A stretch of 64,000 bases of DNA from Candidatus Moraniibacteriota bacterium (GTDB taxonomy: Bacteria > Patescibacteriota > Minisyncoccia > Moranbacterales > DUUL01), in NCBI GenBank assembly GCA_027008775.1, contig JALVDV010000010.1, positions 32,529 to 96,528 of the forward strand, read 5' to 3'. The translations under genes and the position numbers were made by a program. Shown in pieces: positions 18,065 through 27,494 of the stretch. Each line of letters begins with the position of its first letter. Position 1 is the first letter of the stretch. The notes under the pieces are model-generated. The model saw nothing but the letters and a program-made list of their open reading frames with translations, ran no database searches and had not been told where the DNA came from.

Positions 18065-18092
18065 TTGACAAAAGTCAATTTGGATTTATAAT
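18065..18092 (+). promoter_or_regulatory. sigma70-like promoter (TTGACA-16nt-TATAAT) driving a short transcript that ends at a terminator near 18225-18270
   Basis: Consensus hexamers read directly. Downstream hairpin CAAGCCGAGCGaaaCGTTCGGCTTG followed by a T-run at about 18228-18262. Confidence 0.4.
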
Positions 18093-18305
18093 GAGTAGTG
18101 GTCATAATTTTCTTTTGCAAACGACAGTGAAAAAACAAACCGCCAATTTTTATAGTTTCTTTTGGTTTTGGACCTTTCTTGATTCGGTCGGTTTGTTTTT
18201 GCGGAAAAAATAAAAATTTTCAATAAAAACAAGCCGAGCGAAACGTTCGGCTTGTTCTTTTGTTGAAGAAAGCATTGAAAAAGAATAGAAAGGAGGAGTT
18301 TTCTA

Positions 18306-18485
18306 ATGCTAAAAAATAAAAAAGAAGGAAAAAATGATTTTAGTAGGAGCTTAAGATGTGGCAAGTGCGGGCAACCGCTCCGGCAGGAGGCCGGGGTAGT
18401 ATGGATATGTCCAAGATGTGGACAGCGTTGCGCTATTGACCGGACAGGTCAAGTATTTTCATACCCCCCTTCTCCTCCTAAATAG
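18306..18485 (+). CDS. small zinc-ribbon protein, 59 aa (CxxC-13-CxxC, Pro-rich C-terminus); below the ORF-track size cutoff
   Basis: AAGGAGG sits 7 nt upstream of the ATG. Translation is MLKNKKEGKNDFSRSLRCGKCGQPLRQEAGVVWICPRCGQRCAIDRTGQVFSYPPSPPK. A GGGCA...TGCCC-T6 terminator follows at about 18491-18525. Confidence 0.5.
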   Translation: MLKNKKEGKNDFSRSLRCGKCGQPLRQEAGVVWICPRCGQRCAIDRTGQVFSYPPSPPK

Positions 18486-18575
18486 AACCATTCTCGGGCA
18501 GAGCCATTACAAACGGTTTTGCCCTTTTTTAAATTATCGGTCTTTCATCCAATTTATGATTAAAGCAACAAACAA

Positions 18576-18600
18576 AAAACGCCTTGTCGGCGTTTTTTTT
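18576..18600. terminator. bidirectional rho-independent terminator (AACGCC-ttgtc-GGCGTT flanked by A/T runs) just downstream of rpsI
   Basis: Read directly: AAAAAACGCCTTGTCGGCGTTTTTTTT. Confidence 0.6.
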
Positions 18601-18621
18601 GATATTGATTTTGAAATTTGT

Positions 18622-19032
18622 CTAACGCTTGCTCCACTGAGGCGCTCGGCGAGCTTTTTTCAAACCGGGCTTCTTTCTTTCTTTGGCGCGAGGATCACGC
18701 TTGAGATAATCCAAATCTCTCAAAGTCTCTTGCAGTTCACCGTCAAACTTGACCAAAGCACGCGCCAGTCCCAGACGAACAGCTTCCGCTTGACCTCGCT
18801 GTCCGCCACCCTTAACTTTTACACTAACATCAAATTTTCCTTCCAGAGAAGTCGCTTTTAGAGGAGAAACAACTATTTCTCTTAATTCTTGAGTGAAAAA
18901 GTATTCCTCCGGTCGGCGTTCATTTATTAAAAATTCCTGTTCTTTTTTATTACTTTCTTTAATACGTACTCTGGCAACGGCTGATTTGCGTCGCCCCAAG
19001 CCTTCATAATATTGTTCTTTCTTCTTGCTCAT
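18622..19032 (-). CDS. rpsI: 30S ribosomal protein S9
   Basis: YYEGLGRRKSAVARV...KVKGGGQRGQAEAVRLGLARAL...KKARRAPQWSKR matches S9. Confidence 0.92.
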   Translation of the reverse strand: MSKKKEQYYEGLGRRKSAVARVRIKESNKKEQEFLINERRPEEYFFTQELREIVVSPLKATSLEGKFDVSVKVKGGGQRGQAEAVRLGLARALVKFDGELQETLRDLDYLKRDPRAKERKKPGLKKARRAPQWSKR

Positions 19033-19055
19033 AGAAATCTGCTTTTTTAACTATT

Positions 19056-19520
19056 TTAATTATTTCTCGCTTTTTCCTCTTTTTTGTTGGCTTTCTCGTT
19101 TGTATTACCGGTATATCTTTCAAAATCATGCTTTTCTCCTTTGAACACCCTCAATCTTTTAAGCGCCTCTCGGGAAAGTTTATTCTTGGGCAACATCCCT
19201 TTGACGGCCAATTTTATTACCTGAGGAGAATCTTTTTTGATAAAATCTTTGAAGGTGATGGAACTTATTCCTCCCGGATAACCGGAGTGTTTCCAGTAAA
19301 CTTTTTTACCGGTTTTATTGGCCGACAATTTGACATAATCGGAATTGATAACAATCACCCAATCACGACCACCGACATTCGGCTGATAATCAACTTTGTT
19401 TTTCCCGGAAAGCACTTTGGCTATTTCCGTAGCCAATCTGCCCAAAATTTTTCCTTTGGCATCAAAAACAACAAATTCGGGATGTTTTTTCTTTGCTTTT
19501 TCCTGTTTACGTTTATTCAT
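19056..19520 (-). CDS. rplM: 50S ribosomal protein L13
   Basis: VVFDAKGKILGRLATEIAKVLSGKNK...YWKHSGYPGG matches L13. Confidence 0.9.
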   Translation of the reverse strand: MNKRKQEKAKKKHPEFVVFDAKGKILGRLATEIAKVLSGKNKVDYQPNVGGRDWVIVINSDYVKLSANKTGKKVYWKHSGYPGGISSITFKDFIKKDSPQVIKLAVKGMLPKNKLSREALKRLRVFKGEKHDFERYTGNTNEKANKKEEKARNN

Positions 19521-19544
19521 TGACCTGCTCTCTAATGTTTATTG

Positions 19545-20084
19545 TTATTTCTTGTCAGAACTGTCTGCTCCATCTTCCTTTTTTGCTTTTTCTTCTTTTA
19601 CTTCTTTTACTTTACTTGTCAAATCTTTCTTCTCTTTAGATTCGGGAATTATTTTCTTCTCGGAATTGCTTTTTCCAAGCGACTTTTTCTTTTTCAATTC
19701 TTCCGAAGATTTCCCGGCTTCCTCCACCCATTCCAAGATGGCCATTTTGGCTTTGTCGGATTGGCGATTAACCAACTTGATTACCCGCAAAAAACCGCCA
19801 GCCCGATCTTGATATTTTTTGGCGATTTCTATCAGTTTTTTACTGGTTTGGATATCAAAATTTTTTCGGAGATATCTAACAATAACAGTTAGATCATCAC
19901 CTCTTTTTAATTTTCTCTGAATGGTTCCAATCAATTTTTCCACCTTTGGCTTCAGATACTTGGCTTTGGCCAAAGTTGTCTTGATAGAAGAGTTATGCAC
20001 AAAACTCCTAATCATTGTCCTGACTAAGGCTTTTCTTTGATCGGCGCTTCTGGATAAAGTTTTCCCTTTTTTCCTTTTTCTCAT
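19545..20084 (-). CDS. rplQ: 50S ribosomal protein L17 with a K/E-rich C-terminal extension
   Basis: L17 core (LSRSADQRKALVRTMIRSFVHNSSIKTTLAKAKYLKPKVEKLI) and position after rpoA. Confidence 0.88.
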   Translation of the reverse strand: MRKRKKGKTLSRSADQRKALVRTMIRSFVHNSSIKTTLAKAKYLKPKVEKLIGTIQRKLKRGDDLTVIVRYLRKNFDIQTSKKLIEIAKKYQDRAGGFLRVIKLVNRQSDKAKMAILEWVEEAGKSSEELKKKKSLGKSNSEKKIIPESKEKKDLTSKVKEVKEEKAKKEDGADSSDKK

Positions 20085-20142
20085 ACCGCTTTTATTAAAA
20101 TTAACCTATATTTATTTTGCGAACTACCTTCTTACTTAATAA

Positions 20143-21129
20143 CTACTCCGATTTAAGAACCACCCCCAAGCTACCAATAGCTTTTTTAATTTCCTTTACC
20201 CCCTTTTCTCCCAATCCTTCCAGGCTTAAGAGTTTTTCTTCGGTACTCTTTTCCAATTGCTTGATGGTGGTTATGCGATGATCTTTCAGGATGCTGACGA
20301 TCCGAGCCGGCAGTTTCAAGTCAGCTATTTTAGTAATTGCTTTTTCCTTGGCATCAGCTTCAGCGATTTCTCCTGCTTCTTTTTCTTCTTTCTCCTCATC
20401 AACTTCCCGGGTCTCCTCTTCGTCGGTTTCATCTTCGCTTTCCGCTTCCGCAAATGAGGAGATGGCGTTAAACTGCGCCATCAGAATTTCAATAGCTTGT
20501 TGATAAGCTTCTTGCGGAGAAATGCTGCCATCAGTGACAATGTCAAGAATTACTCTTTCATAATCGGTTCTTTTACCGACTCGCATATTCTCAACGGTAA
20601 AATTCACTCTCTTTATTGGATTGTAGATAGCGTCAACAGCGATGGTTCCAATGGTTTTATCGCTCTCTTGTTGTTCAACGGGAACGTAGCCCAAACCTTT
20701 TTTGATGGTCACTTCCATCTCCAGAGTGGTAGAACCATCAGTAATGGTGGCAATGTGAACATCAGGATCAATCACTTCCACCTCGGAAGTTGTTTCAAAA
20801 TCCTTGGCCGTTACATCTTTTTTGCCCTTGACTTTAAGAAAAGCGGTGGCTTCGTCAACTCCGTTGAGTTTAAAGCGGACGGATTTCAAGTTTAAAATTA
20901 TCTGGACAACATCTTCAACAACTCCGTCAATGGCGGTAAATTCGTGCGTAACCCCTTTGATTTTTACAGCCACAATGGCGCTTCCTTCCAAAGAAGATAA
21001 TAATACCCTGCGGAGAGAATTCCCCAAAGTCGCTCCGTAGCGGGGAAAACACTCTTCAATTATCACTTGACCGGTTTTGTCGTCTATTTCTTTGTAGATT
21101 GGCTTCTTGGGTAATGAGATTGAGAACAT
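20143..21129 (-). CDS. rpoA: DNA-directed RNA polymerase alpha subunit
   Basis: N-terminal domain motif RYGATLGNSLRRVLLSSLEGSA and C-terminal helix-hairpin-helix domain (IADLKLPARIVSILKDHRITTIKQLEKSTEEKLLSLEGLGEKGVKEIKKAI). Confidence 0.92.
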   Translation of the reverse strand: MFSISLPKKPIYKEIDDKTGQVIIEECFPRYGATLGNSLRRVLLSSLEGSAIVAVKIKGVTHEFTAIDGVVEDVVQIILNLKSVRFKLNGVDEATAFLKVKGKKDVTAKDFETTSEVEVIDPDVHIATITDGSTTLEMEVTIKKGLGYVPVEQQESDKTIGTIAVDAIYNPIKRVNFTVENMRVGKRTDYERVILDIVTDGSISPQEAYQQAIEILMAQFNAISSFAEAESEDETDEEETREVDEEKEEKEAGEIAEADAKEKAITKIADLKLPARIVSILKDHRITTIKQLEKSTEEKLLSLEGLGEKGVKEIKKAIGSLGVVLKSE

Positions 21130-21193
21130 GGTATTTCTTTTTAATTGTTACAATTTTTAAAAAGTTGGCGATTAGCTAGATTGATGATAACTG

Positions 21194-21826
21194 CTACCTG
21201 GAGTAGAACTCTATTACCATAGCCAGATCAACATTGAGGGCAACTTCTTCTCTGTTTGGTTTGGCCAAAACTTTTCCCTCCATTTTTTTAACATCAAAAG
21301 CCAACCATTTGGCAACTTTTTGATCTTTGGAAAGAATGGCTTGGATTTCTTTCAGCAATTTTTTATCCCGTTTGTTTTCTCTGACGGTAATAACATCTCC
21401 CACTTTTAAGATGGCGGAAGGAATGTTGAGCATTTTATTATTAACGGCAAACATTTTGTGAGAAACCAATTGCCTGGCTTGCGCTCTACTTTGGGCCAAA
21501 CCCAGCCTGTAAACTACGTTGTCCAGTCTGTACTCCAAAAGAGTTAATAAATTGTCTCCCAAAACCCCCTTTTGGCGTCTGGCCATTTCCAAGAAACGGC
21601 GCAATTGTTTTTCACTTACTCCGTAGATTCTCTTTAATTTCTGCTTCTCTTTTAATTGTTTGCCGTATTCGGACAAGCCACGGGGCACGCCGGAATTGCC
21701 GTGCATTCCCGGAGCGTACGGTTTTCTCACCAAAGCGCATTTGGGGCTGGAACAACGATCTCCCTTAAGAAATAGCTTCTCATTTGCCCGACGACAGAGT
21801 TTGCATTTTGAACTTATTTTTGCCAT
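21194..21826 (-). CDS. rpsD: 30S ribosomal protein S4
   Basis: N-terminal zinc motif (CKLCRR...CSSPKC), the LLTLLEYRLDNVVYRLGLAQSRAQARQLVSH segment and an S4 domain. Confidence 0.92.
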   Translation of the reverse strand: MAKISSKCKLCRRANEKLFLKGDRCSSPKCALVRKPYAPGMHGNSGVPRGLSEYGKQLKEKQKLKRIYGVSEKQLRRFLEMARRQKGVLGDNLLTLLEYRLDNVVYRLGLAQSRAQARQLVSHKMFAVNNKMLNIPSAILKVGDVITVRENKRDKKLLKEIQAILSKDQKVAKWLAFDVKKMEGKVLAKPNREEVALNVDLAMVIEFYSR

Positions 21827-21849
21827 ATCTTAGATTTCCAAAATTAAAA

Positions 21850-22470
21850 TTATACCCTCCTTGGTTTTCGGGGACGACAACCGTTGTGAGGAACGGGCGT
21901 AGTGTCCTTGATTGAGATAATGTTGTAACCTTTTTGAGCCAAGGCTCGCAAAGCGGCGTCTCGACCACTGCCAACTCCCTTCACAAAAACTTCAACATCC
22001 TTGAGTCCGTACTTTCTCACTTTTTCGTCGGCGTCCAGGGCAACTTGATTGGCAGCGTAGGTAGTGGCTTTTTTGGCACCTTTAAAGCCCAATGATCCGG
22101 CTGAAGACCAAGCCAAAGCGTTGCCGTGCATATCGGAAAACAGAACAATGGTGTTGTTGTAGGAAGATTTGATGTACACCCGGCCTCTTCTGACTTGCCG
22201 ACGACGATTTCTTTTTTTCTTGCGAAAAGTGGAATTTGCTTGCACTTCCGATTGTTCTTTGTTTGTTTCGTCCTTTTCGGCAGGTTTGTTTGCTTTCACA
22301 GTGGAAGAAACAGTTTTAGCTTGGTCAGATTTTTTGCTTGTCTCTTCTTTTTTTTCCAATTCTTGATCCTCCGATTTGACGCGAGAAGAAACAGCCTCGT
22401 CCTTTGTGGCTGTAGAAACTGTTTTCACAGAAGATTCTTTGTCTGTCTGATTGGTCTTTTCTTTGTCCAT
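21850..22470 (-). CDS. rpsK: 30S ribosomal protein S11 with a roughly 80-aa low-complexity N-terminal extension
   Basis: S11 core (RVYIKSSYNNTIVLFSDMHGNALAWSSAGSLGFKGAKK...TPVPHNGCRPRKPRRV). Confidence 0.9.
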   Translation of the reverse strand: MDKEKTNQTDKESSVKTVSTATKDEAVSSRVKSEDQELEKKEETSKKSDQAKTVSSTVKANKPAEKDETNKEQSEVQANSTFRKKKRNRRRQVRRGRVYIKSSYNNTIVLFSDMHGNALAWSSAGSLGFKGAKKATTYAANQVALDADEKVRKYGLKDVEVFVKGVGSGRDAALRALAQKGYNIISIKDTTPVPHNGCRPRKPRRV

Positions 22471-22500
22471 AAATAAAAGATGGATTAAATTTCTTAAAGT

Positions 22501-22890
22501 TTATTTTTTCTCAACGGTACGACGTCCGCTACCCATTGTCACCCTCTTATTACCGCGAACAGTTCTAGTGTTAGTTCTGGTTCTTTGGCCCCTAACAGGC
22601 AAACCTTTGATATGACGCAGACCGCGATAACAACCTATTTCTTTCAATCTTTTGATGTTCATCATTATTTCTCTTTTCAACTCTCCTTCCAGGACGTAAT
22701 TGTTTTCAATCTCGTCACGTAAACGTTTAACATCCTTTAAGGAAATATCTTTAGCGCGCAGATTTTTATCAATACCAACTTTTTCCAAAATTTTATTGGC
22801 GCGACTTCTGCCGATACCGAAAATATAAGTTAAAGCTATTTCTATTCTTTTATTGTCTGGGATATTAACCCCGGAAATTCTGATGGCCAT
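22501..22890 (-). CDS. rpsM: 30S ribosomal protein S13
   Basis: [31 protein letters not shown]...[21 protein letters not shown] matches S13. Confidence 0.92.
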   Translation of the reverse strand: MAIRISGVNIPDNKRIEIALTYIFGIGRSRANKILEKVGIDKNLRAKDISLKDVKRLRDEIENNYVLEGELKREIMMNIKRLKEIGCYRGLRHIKGLPVRGQRTRTNTRTVRGNKRVTMGSGRRTVEKK

Positions 22891-22948
22891 ATTGATTTGC
22901 TAATGTTTTAAAACTTTCCGATTAAATTATTCAGTTTGTTTGTCTTTC

Positions 22949-23062
22949 TTATCCTTGCCTTTGTTTGTGCCTGGGATTAGCGCAAATAACATAAACTCGC
23001 CCTTTACGACGGACTATTTTGCACTTGGGGCATCTTTTTTTTACAGAAGCTTGGACTTTCAT
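22949..23062 (-). CDS. rpmJ: 50S ribosomal protein L36 (37 aa); absent from the ORF track because of its size
   Basis: Minus-strand translation: [37 protein letters not shown]. Sits between infA and rpsM as expected. Confidence 0.9.
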   Translation of the reverse strand: MKVQASVKKRCPKCKIVRRKGRVYVICANPRHKQRQG

Positions 23063-23100
23063 TAGATTGGATTCTTATACTCTTAATCGCTAATTTATCA

Positions 23101-23316
23101 TTACAATCTCTTGGTAATTCTGCCTCGGGTCAAATCATAGGGGCTCATTTCCACCAATACTTTGTCGCCGGGCATTAATTTAATAAAATTGATTCTCATT
23201 TTACCGGAAATGTGGGCCAGGATAATGTGTCCATTCTCCAATTTCACTCTGAACATTGTGCTGGGAAGCAATTCCACCACTTCCCCTTCCAGTTCTACGA
23301 TTTCTTTGGCAGACAT
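23101..23316 (-). CDS. infA: translation initiation factor IF-1
   Basis: [59 protein letters not shown] matches the IF-1 S1-like fold. Confidence 0.92.
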   Translation of the reverse strand: MSAKEIVELEGEVVELLPSTMFRVKLENGHIILAHISGKMRINFIKLMPGDKVLVEMSPYDLTRGRITKRL

Positions 23317-23445
23317 CTTTGTTTGGTGAAAATTAAATTAGCAAATAAACAAAAAAAACGAAGGCGCCCAACAGCAATGGTCCTAGGTCTTGAATTTGCC
23401 TAAATAACCACCTTCTATTGCATATTATTTTTATCAACTCTTTCC

Positions 23446-23474
23446 AGTATATACTATAAAAAAAATATTGTCAA
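23446..23474 (-). promoter_or_regulatory. sigma70-like promoter upstream of infA
   Basis: Minus strand reads TTGACA-17nt-TATACT, about 130 nt upstream of the infA ATG. Confidence 0.45.
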
Positions 23475-23545
23475 GCGCTGACGAGTTGAGTGGCGCGCAA
23501 AAACAAAAACAGAAACTCAAGAGCAATGAAAAACAACGAACTCAT

Positions 23546-23670
23546 CTGGGGTTTTTCCTTTTCTAATATTTAAGCTTTCCGGATGTTATTTTCTACCTGA
23601 TGTTTAACACTTTGTTGATTAAAGAAGAAGTCAAACATGTGTCCGAAAATAACATCCGGAGAGCTTGACT
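23546..23670. repeat. copy 1 of a roughly 95-120-bp intergenic element with 22-bp terminal inverted repeats (AAGCTTTCCGGATGTTATTTTC ... GAAAATAACATCCGGAGAGCTT) and an inner hairpin
   Basis: About 85% identical to 47537-47632. The left half is also homologous to 30571-30638. All three copies lie 3-prime of minus-strand genes. Confidence 0.55.
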
Positions 23671-23719
23671 GGTAAAGGCTTTAGGAGGATAAACCTGAAT
23701 GAGTTAAGCAAGATAAATA

Positions 23720-24544
23720 CTAATTATGTAAAGAGGAGAACTGGTTGTCCAGCAATTTAAGTAATTTAAACCAGTCGTCCAAAGAAAGTTTCTCTGCGCG
23801 AACACGCTCATTCAACTGTAATTCGGAAAATATTTCTTCCCACCTTTTTTCCGGCAAATTAAAAACATTTTTCAGATTGTTACGCAGAGTTTTCCGGGGA
23901 GAAGAAAAAGCGACTTTTAGGAGACGAAAAAAATTTTTTTCTTGACTCCGATCAATTTTTTCTTTCGGTTTTAATTTGAGAATGGCAGAATCAACTTTGG
24001 GTTCGGGGAAAAAAGCTTGACGAGGAACGTGGGCGACAATTTCCGGTTGGGCAAAATATTTGACCGACAAGGAAAGGATACTCTCCTTTCCCCGAGAGGC
24101 GCAAATTCTTTCCGCCACCTCTTTTTGTAGCAAAAGAACCACCAGGCTTGGTAGGTTTTTCTGCTGAAAAATCAATCTAATGATTTTGCCGGTGATGTAA
24201 TAAGGAATGTTGGCAATAATTTTGTAATCAGTAAAATTTTCCTTTTGCAAAATTTCCGGCAGATTGATTGTCAAAACATCGGCGAAGTACAAATTTAGTT
24301 TGTCGGGATACTTCTGTTTTAATTTTAATAAGGGACTGTTTTTTGCTTGCAATCGTTTGTCTTTTTCAATAGCCACCACTTTGGCTCCGCCCGATAATAA
24401 TCTTTTGGTTAACACTCCCTCGCCCGGTCCGATCTCCAAGATATTGTCTTGGGGAGTAAGTTCGCCGGCGGAAATGATTTTTTGGAGAATGCTTTTATCC
24501 CGCAAGAAATTTTGTCCCAAAGATTTTTTTTGTATAATTTTCAT
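23720..24544 (-). CDS. rsmA: 16S rRNA (adenine1518-N6/adenine1519-N6)-dimethyltransferase
   Basis: KSLGQNFLRD, EIGPGEGVLT and other KsgA family motifs. Confidence 0.9.
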   Translation of the reverse strand: MKIIQKKSLGQNFLRDKSILQKIISAGELTPQDNILEIGPGEGVLTKRLLSGGAKVVAIEKDKRLQAKNSPLLKLKQKYPDKLNLYFADVLTINLPEILQKENFTDYKIIANIPYYITGKIIRLIFQQKNLPSLVVLLLQKEVAERICASRGKESILSLSVKYFAQPEIVAHVPRQAFFPEPKVDSAILKLKPKEKIDRSQEKNFFRLLKVAFSSPRKTLRNNLKNVFNLPEKRWEEIFSELQLNERVRAEKLSLDDWFKLLKLLDNQFSSLHN

Positions 24545-24604
24545 AAAAACTTAACAAGTCAGGATTTATATTCAAGTGCGGTTGGATAACACCTCCGCTA
24601 ATAG

Positions 24605-25702
24605 TTACCCTCCGCCAATAATGCCGATTAAAATTCCCAGGACGGCAAAAATAGCATTGAGAATCCAAAGGCGAACGGTCACCTTGGTTTCCGGCCAACC
24701 TTTAGCTTCAAAATGGTGATGAAGAGGAGCGGCTAAAAATATTTTGCGATGAAAGAATTTTTTGCTGACCAATTGAATAGTAACGGAAAGAGCTTCCAGC
24801 ACATAAACACTAACCAGAAAAGGGAGAACCAGAACCGAATTCAAGAGCAAGGCCACTACGCCCAGAGTTGCTCCCAAAGAAAAAGAGCCGGTGTCACCCA
24901 TAAAAAAACGCGCCGGATAAAAATTGAACCAAAGAAAAGCCAGCAGAGAACCGGCCACCACCGCGCAAAAAGCGGCTAAATCCATACGTCCCTGAAAAAA
25001 AGCTATAACAGCGAAACCGACAAAAGCTTGAATTAAAATCCCGGCGTTTAAGCCATCCAAGCCGTCGGTTTCGTTGGAAGAGAAGGCGGTGGCGATAACC
25101 ACAAAGATGAAGAGAGGGATATAAAGCCAGCCAATGGTGATATCTCCCACCGCCGGCACATGAATACTGTTCCAATCAAGTTTGGTGTAAAACCACCAAG
25201 CGCCGAAAGAAGAAATGGCCAATGTCCAGAGTAAACGCCAACCAAAGCGCATTCCGCCACCCTTGTTGCCACCGATTTTTTTGATACTCATCCAATCGTC
25301 GGCCAATCCCAAAAGAGCGGTGGTGAGCAGAAAGAAAAGAGGTAGCCAAGTTTGACTGCGGGAAAAAAAATCCAACCGACTTATCCAAACACTGCGAAAT
25401 TTTTCGGAAAGAAATGGCGCCAGCCAATTCATTAACCAAGCCAGCAGGATAACTGTTCCCCAAATCAGAACCCCACCCATTGTCGGCGTGCCGTCTTTGT
25501 AGGCGTGCAATTTATTGACATATTTTAGTTTTTGGCCATCAACGGACTTTTCTTTGATTTTAATGCCAATACGATGCTTAAAAAGAAAATGCGCCCAAAA
25601 GGGAGTGAGTGTCATTGCCAGAAAGAAGGCTGAAACAGATAGGACAATAACTTTAGCTAGAGCTAAGACTTCCGGAATTGTTTCAATTTGAGCAATTTGC
25701 AT
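24605..25702 (-). CDS. mraY: phospho-N-acetylmuramoyl-pentapeptide transferase
   Basis: NETDGLDGL, MGDTGSFSLG and APLHHHFE motifs in a 10-TM protein. Confidence 0.92.
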   Translation of the reverse strand: MQIAQIETIPEVLALAKVIVLSVSAFFLAMTLTPFWAHFLFKHRIGIKIKEKSVDGQKLKYVNKLHAYKDGTPTMGGVLIWGTVILLAWLMNWLAPFLSEKFRSVWISRLDFFSRSQTWLPLFFLLTTALLGLADDWMSIKKIGGNKGGGMRFGWRLLWTLAISSFGAWWFYTKLDWNSIHVPAVGDITIGWLYIPLFIFVVIATAFSSNETDGLDGLNAGILIQAFVGFAVIAFFQGRMDLAAFCAVVAGSLLAFLWFNFYPARFFMGDTGSFSLGATLGVVALLLNSVLVLPFLVSVYVLEALSVTIQLVSKKFFHRKIFLAAPLHHHFEAKGWPETKVTVRLWILNAIFAVLGILIGIIGGG

Positions 25703-25705
25703 AAC

Positions 25706-26818
25706 TTACTTTTGATAATTTACATCCTGCCAATTATAACTTTGGAAAATCCAGTTGAATAATTTTTGCGCATCTTCAAAACGGTAGGGATCATTAAGGA
25801 TGACGGCGACTACTTTAATATTCTTGTCTTGAGGATGATTGGCAATCATCATTAAAGTTTTGCCGGCCTCGTAAGTAAAACCGGTTTTGGCTCCCAAGCA
25901 ATTAGGCATGGAATCCAAAAGAATATTGGTGGTGGCAAAACGATGTTTCTTTTGGTTATCCAAAGAAGTAAACCACTTTTCTTTGATTTTAAAAACCCTT
26001 TGCAAATCTTGGTAGCGTTTGTTTTTGAGAGCGTAAACAACTATTTTGGCAACGTCGGCAGCCGAAGAATAACATTTTTCGGAACCATCTTCTTCGTCAT
26101 CTAAACCGGAGGGGTTGCAAAAATGAGTGTCGCGCAAGCCAATTTCTCGAGCCTTTTTATTCATTAATTCGGCGAATTTCTTTTGGGAACCGGCAATATG
26201 TTTAGCCAGGGCTATGGCGGCATCATTGGCGCTATTGACCAGCATTGCCTCCAATAAATCCTGGGCTTTCACCTTTTCTCCCGGGTGAAGAACATCCGAA
26301 AAACAATGGGTGCTGGTGGGACAACCGACCTTGCTGGTGGGAGCGTTACAGACTTCCCGGTCAATAGTGACAACTTCTTTGGATAAATCCTTAAGATTGT
26401 CTAAGACTACCAAAGCTGTCATCAATTTGGTTAAAGAGGCAATAGGCAAGCGACGATTGGCGTTTTGATCGTATAAAATTTTTTCACTGCCCACATCAAC
26501 AGCTACGGCGCTTTTGGCCCGAACATAAGTTCGCCCCACCCCTTCTTTTTTGACGGGTAGTGGAATCGGCTTTGGCGCCAAATCTTTTTCCACAGTAATT
26601 GCTTGTCTGAGAAGCAAATTGTTTTTATCAAAATTGTCACTCTGTTTTTTTCTTGGCGAGGACGAAAGTGATTGAACTTTGTGATCTTGAACGCCGCGAA
26701 CCAAGAGCGTTTGCCCGGCTTGCAAACGGTGATAATCTCTAAGCAGAAAAATCCCCGTACCCAGAGAGAGGATAAAAACTATTGTGCTAACCAGGTTAAT
26801 TTTCACAATATCTTTCAT
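25706..26818 (-). CDS. D-alanyl-D-alanine carboxypeptidase (serine type, PBP5/S11 family)
   Basis: N-terminal membrane anchor, SxxK (ASLTK), SxN (NSAND) and KTG (AKTGFT) motifs. Confidence 0.8.
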   Translation of the reverse strand: MKDIVKINLVSTIVFILSLGTGIFLLRDYHRLQAGQTLLVRGVQDHKVQSLSSSPRKKQSDNFDKNNLLLRQAITVEKDLAPKPIPLPVKKEGVGRTYVRAKSAVAVDVGSEKILYDQNANRRLPIASLTKLMTALVVLDNLKDLSKEVVTIDREVCNAPTSKVGCPTSTHCFSDVLHPGEKVKAQDLLEAMLVNSANDAAIALAKHIAGSQKKFAELMNKKAREIGLRDTHFCNPSGLDDEEDGSEKCYSSAADVAKIVVYALKNKRYQDLQRVFKIKEKWFTSLDNQKKHRFATTNILLDSMPNCLGAKTGFTYEAGKTLMMIANHPQDKNIKVVAVILNDPYRFEDAQKLFNWIFQSYNWQDVNYQK

Positions 26819-27426
26819 TTTTTAGCAGAAGAATTATTTTCTGAAAAATCACCATTTTTAACTTTTTCCGAAAGCTTTTGGGAAAGCTCTTCATAATTTT
26901 CCAAATCACTGACTCTTTTCAACCCCATTTTACGCAAAAAATCAAAACTGATTTCATAGATGTAGGAGCGGTTATCCAAGGGATTTTCCCGTCTTTCAAC
27001 CACCCCTTTCAGTAAGAGATTTTTTAAGGCAAAAGAAGAGTTGACGCCACGAATATATTCTATCTGCGCCTTGGTTATCGGTCCGCGATAAGCGATGATG
27101 GCCAATGTCTCCAAAGTCGCGGCGGAAAGTTTTTCATTCAGGCTCTGCCCTAGAAACTTGTTAACTAACAAGCCCAGGTTGGCTTTAGTGACCAGCTGTA
27201 TTTTATTCTTTTTCTCAACTATTTGCAAACCACTGTCCACTTGGGCGTATTTTTCTTTCAATGCTGATAAGATTTGAGAAAATTTTGCGGGAGAGATTTT
27301 TAAAAACTTGATTAGACTTTTAATTTCAACCGGATCACCTTTGCTGAAAAGAATCGCTTCTGTGACCGCCATCTTTTTTGCCTGGTCTTTTGAATTCTGA
27401 TTATTTTTTGCCGTTGATTGCTTCAT
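26815..27426 (-). CDS. scpB: segregation and condensation protein B
   Basis: EAILFSKGDPVEI..., TLAIIAYRGPITKAQIEYIRGV, two winged-helix repeats; adjacent to scpA. Confidence 0.85.
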   Translation of the reverse strand: MKQSTAKNNQNSKDQAKKMAVTEAILFSKGDPVEIKSLIKFLKISPAKFSQILSALKEKYAQVDSGLQIVEKKNKIQLVTKANLGLLVNKFLGQSLNEKLSAATLETLAIIAYRGPITKAQIEYIRGVNSSFALKNLLLKGVVERRENPLDNRSYIYEISFDFLRKMGLKRVSDLENYEELSQKLSEKVKNGDFSENNSSAKK

Positions 27427-27494
27427 TGTTTCTTTATTCTAAATTTTTGGAATTTTAATTCGAGGTCGCCACCGGAGGTGGCCGGCTTGCCCGT

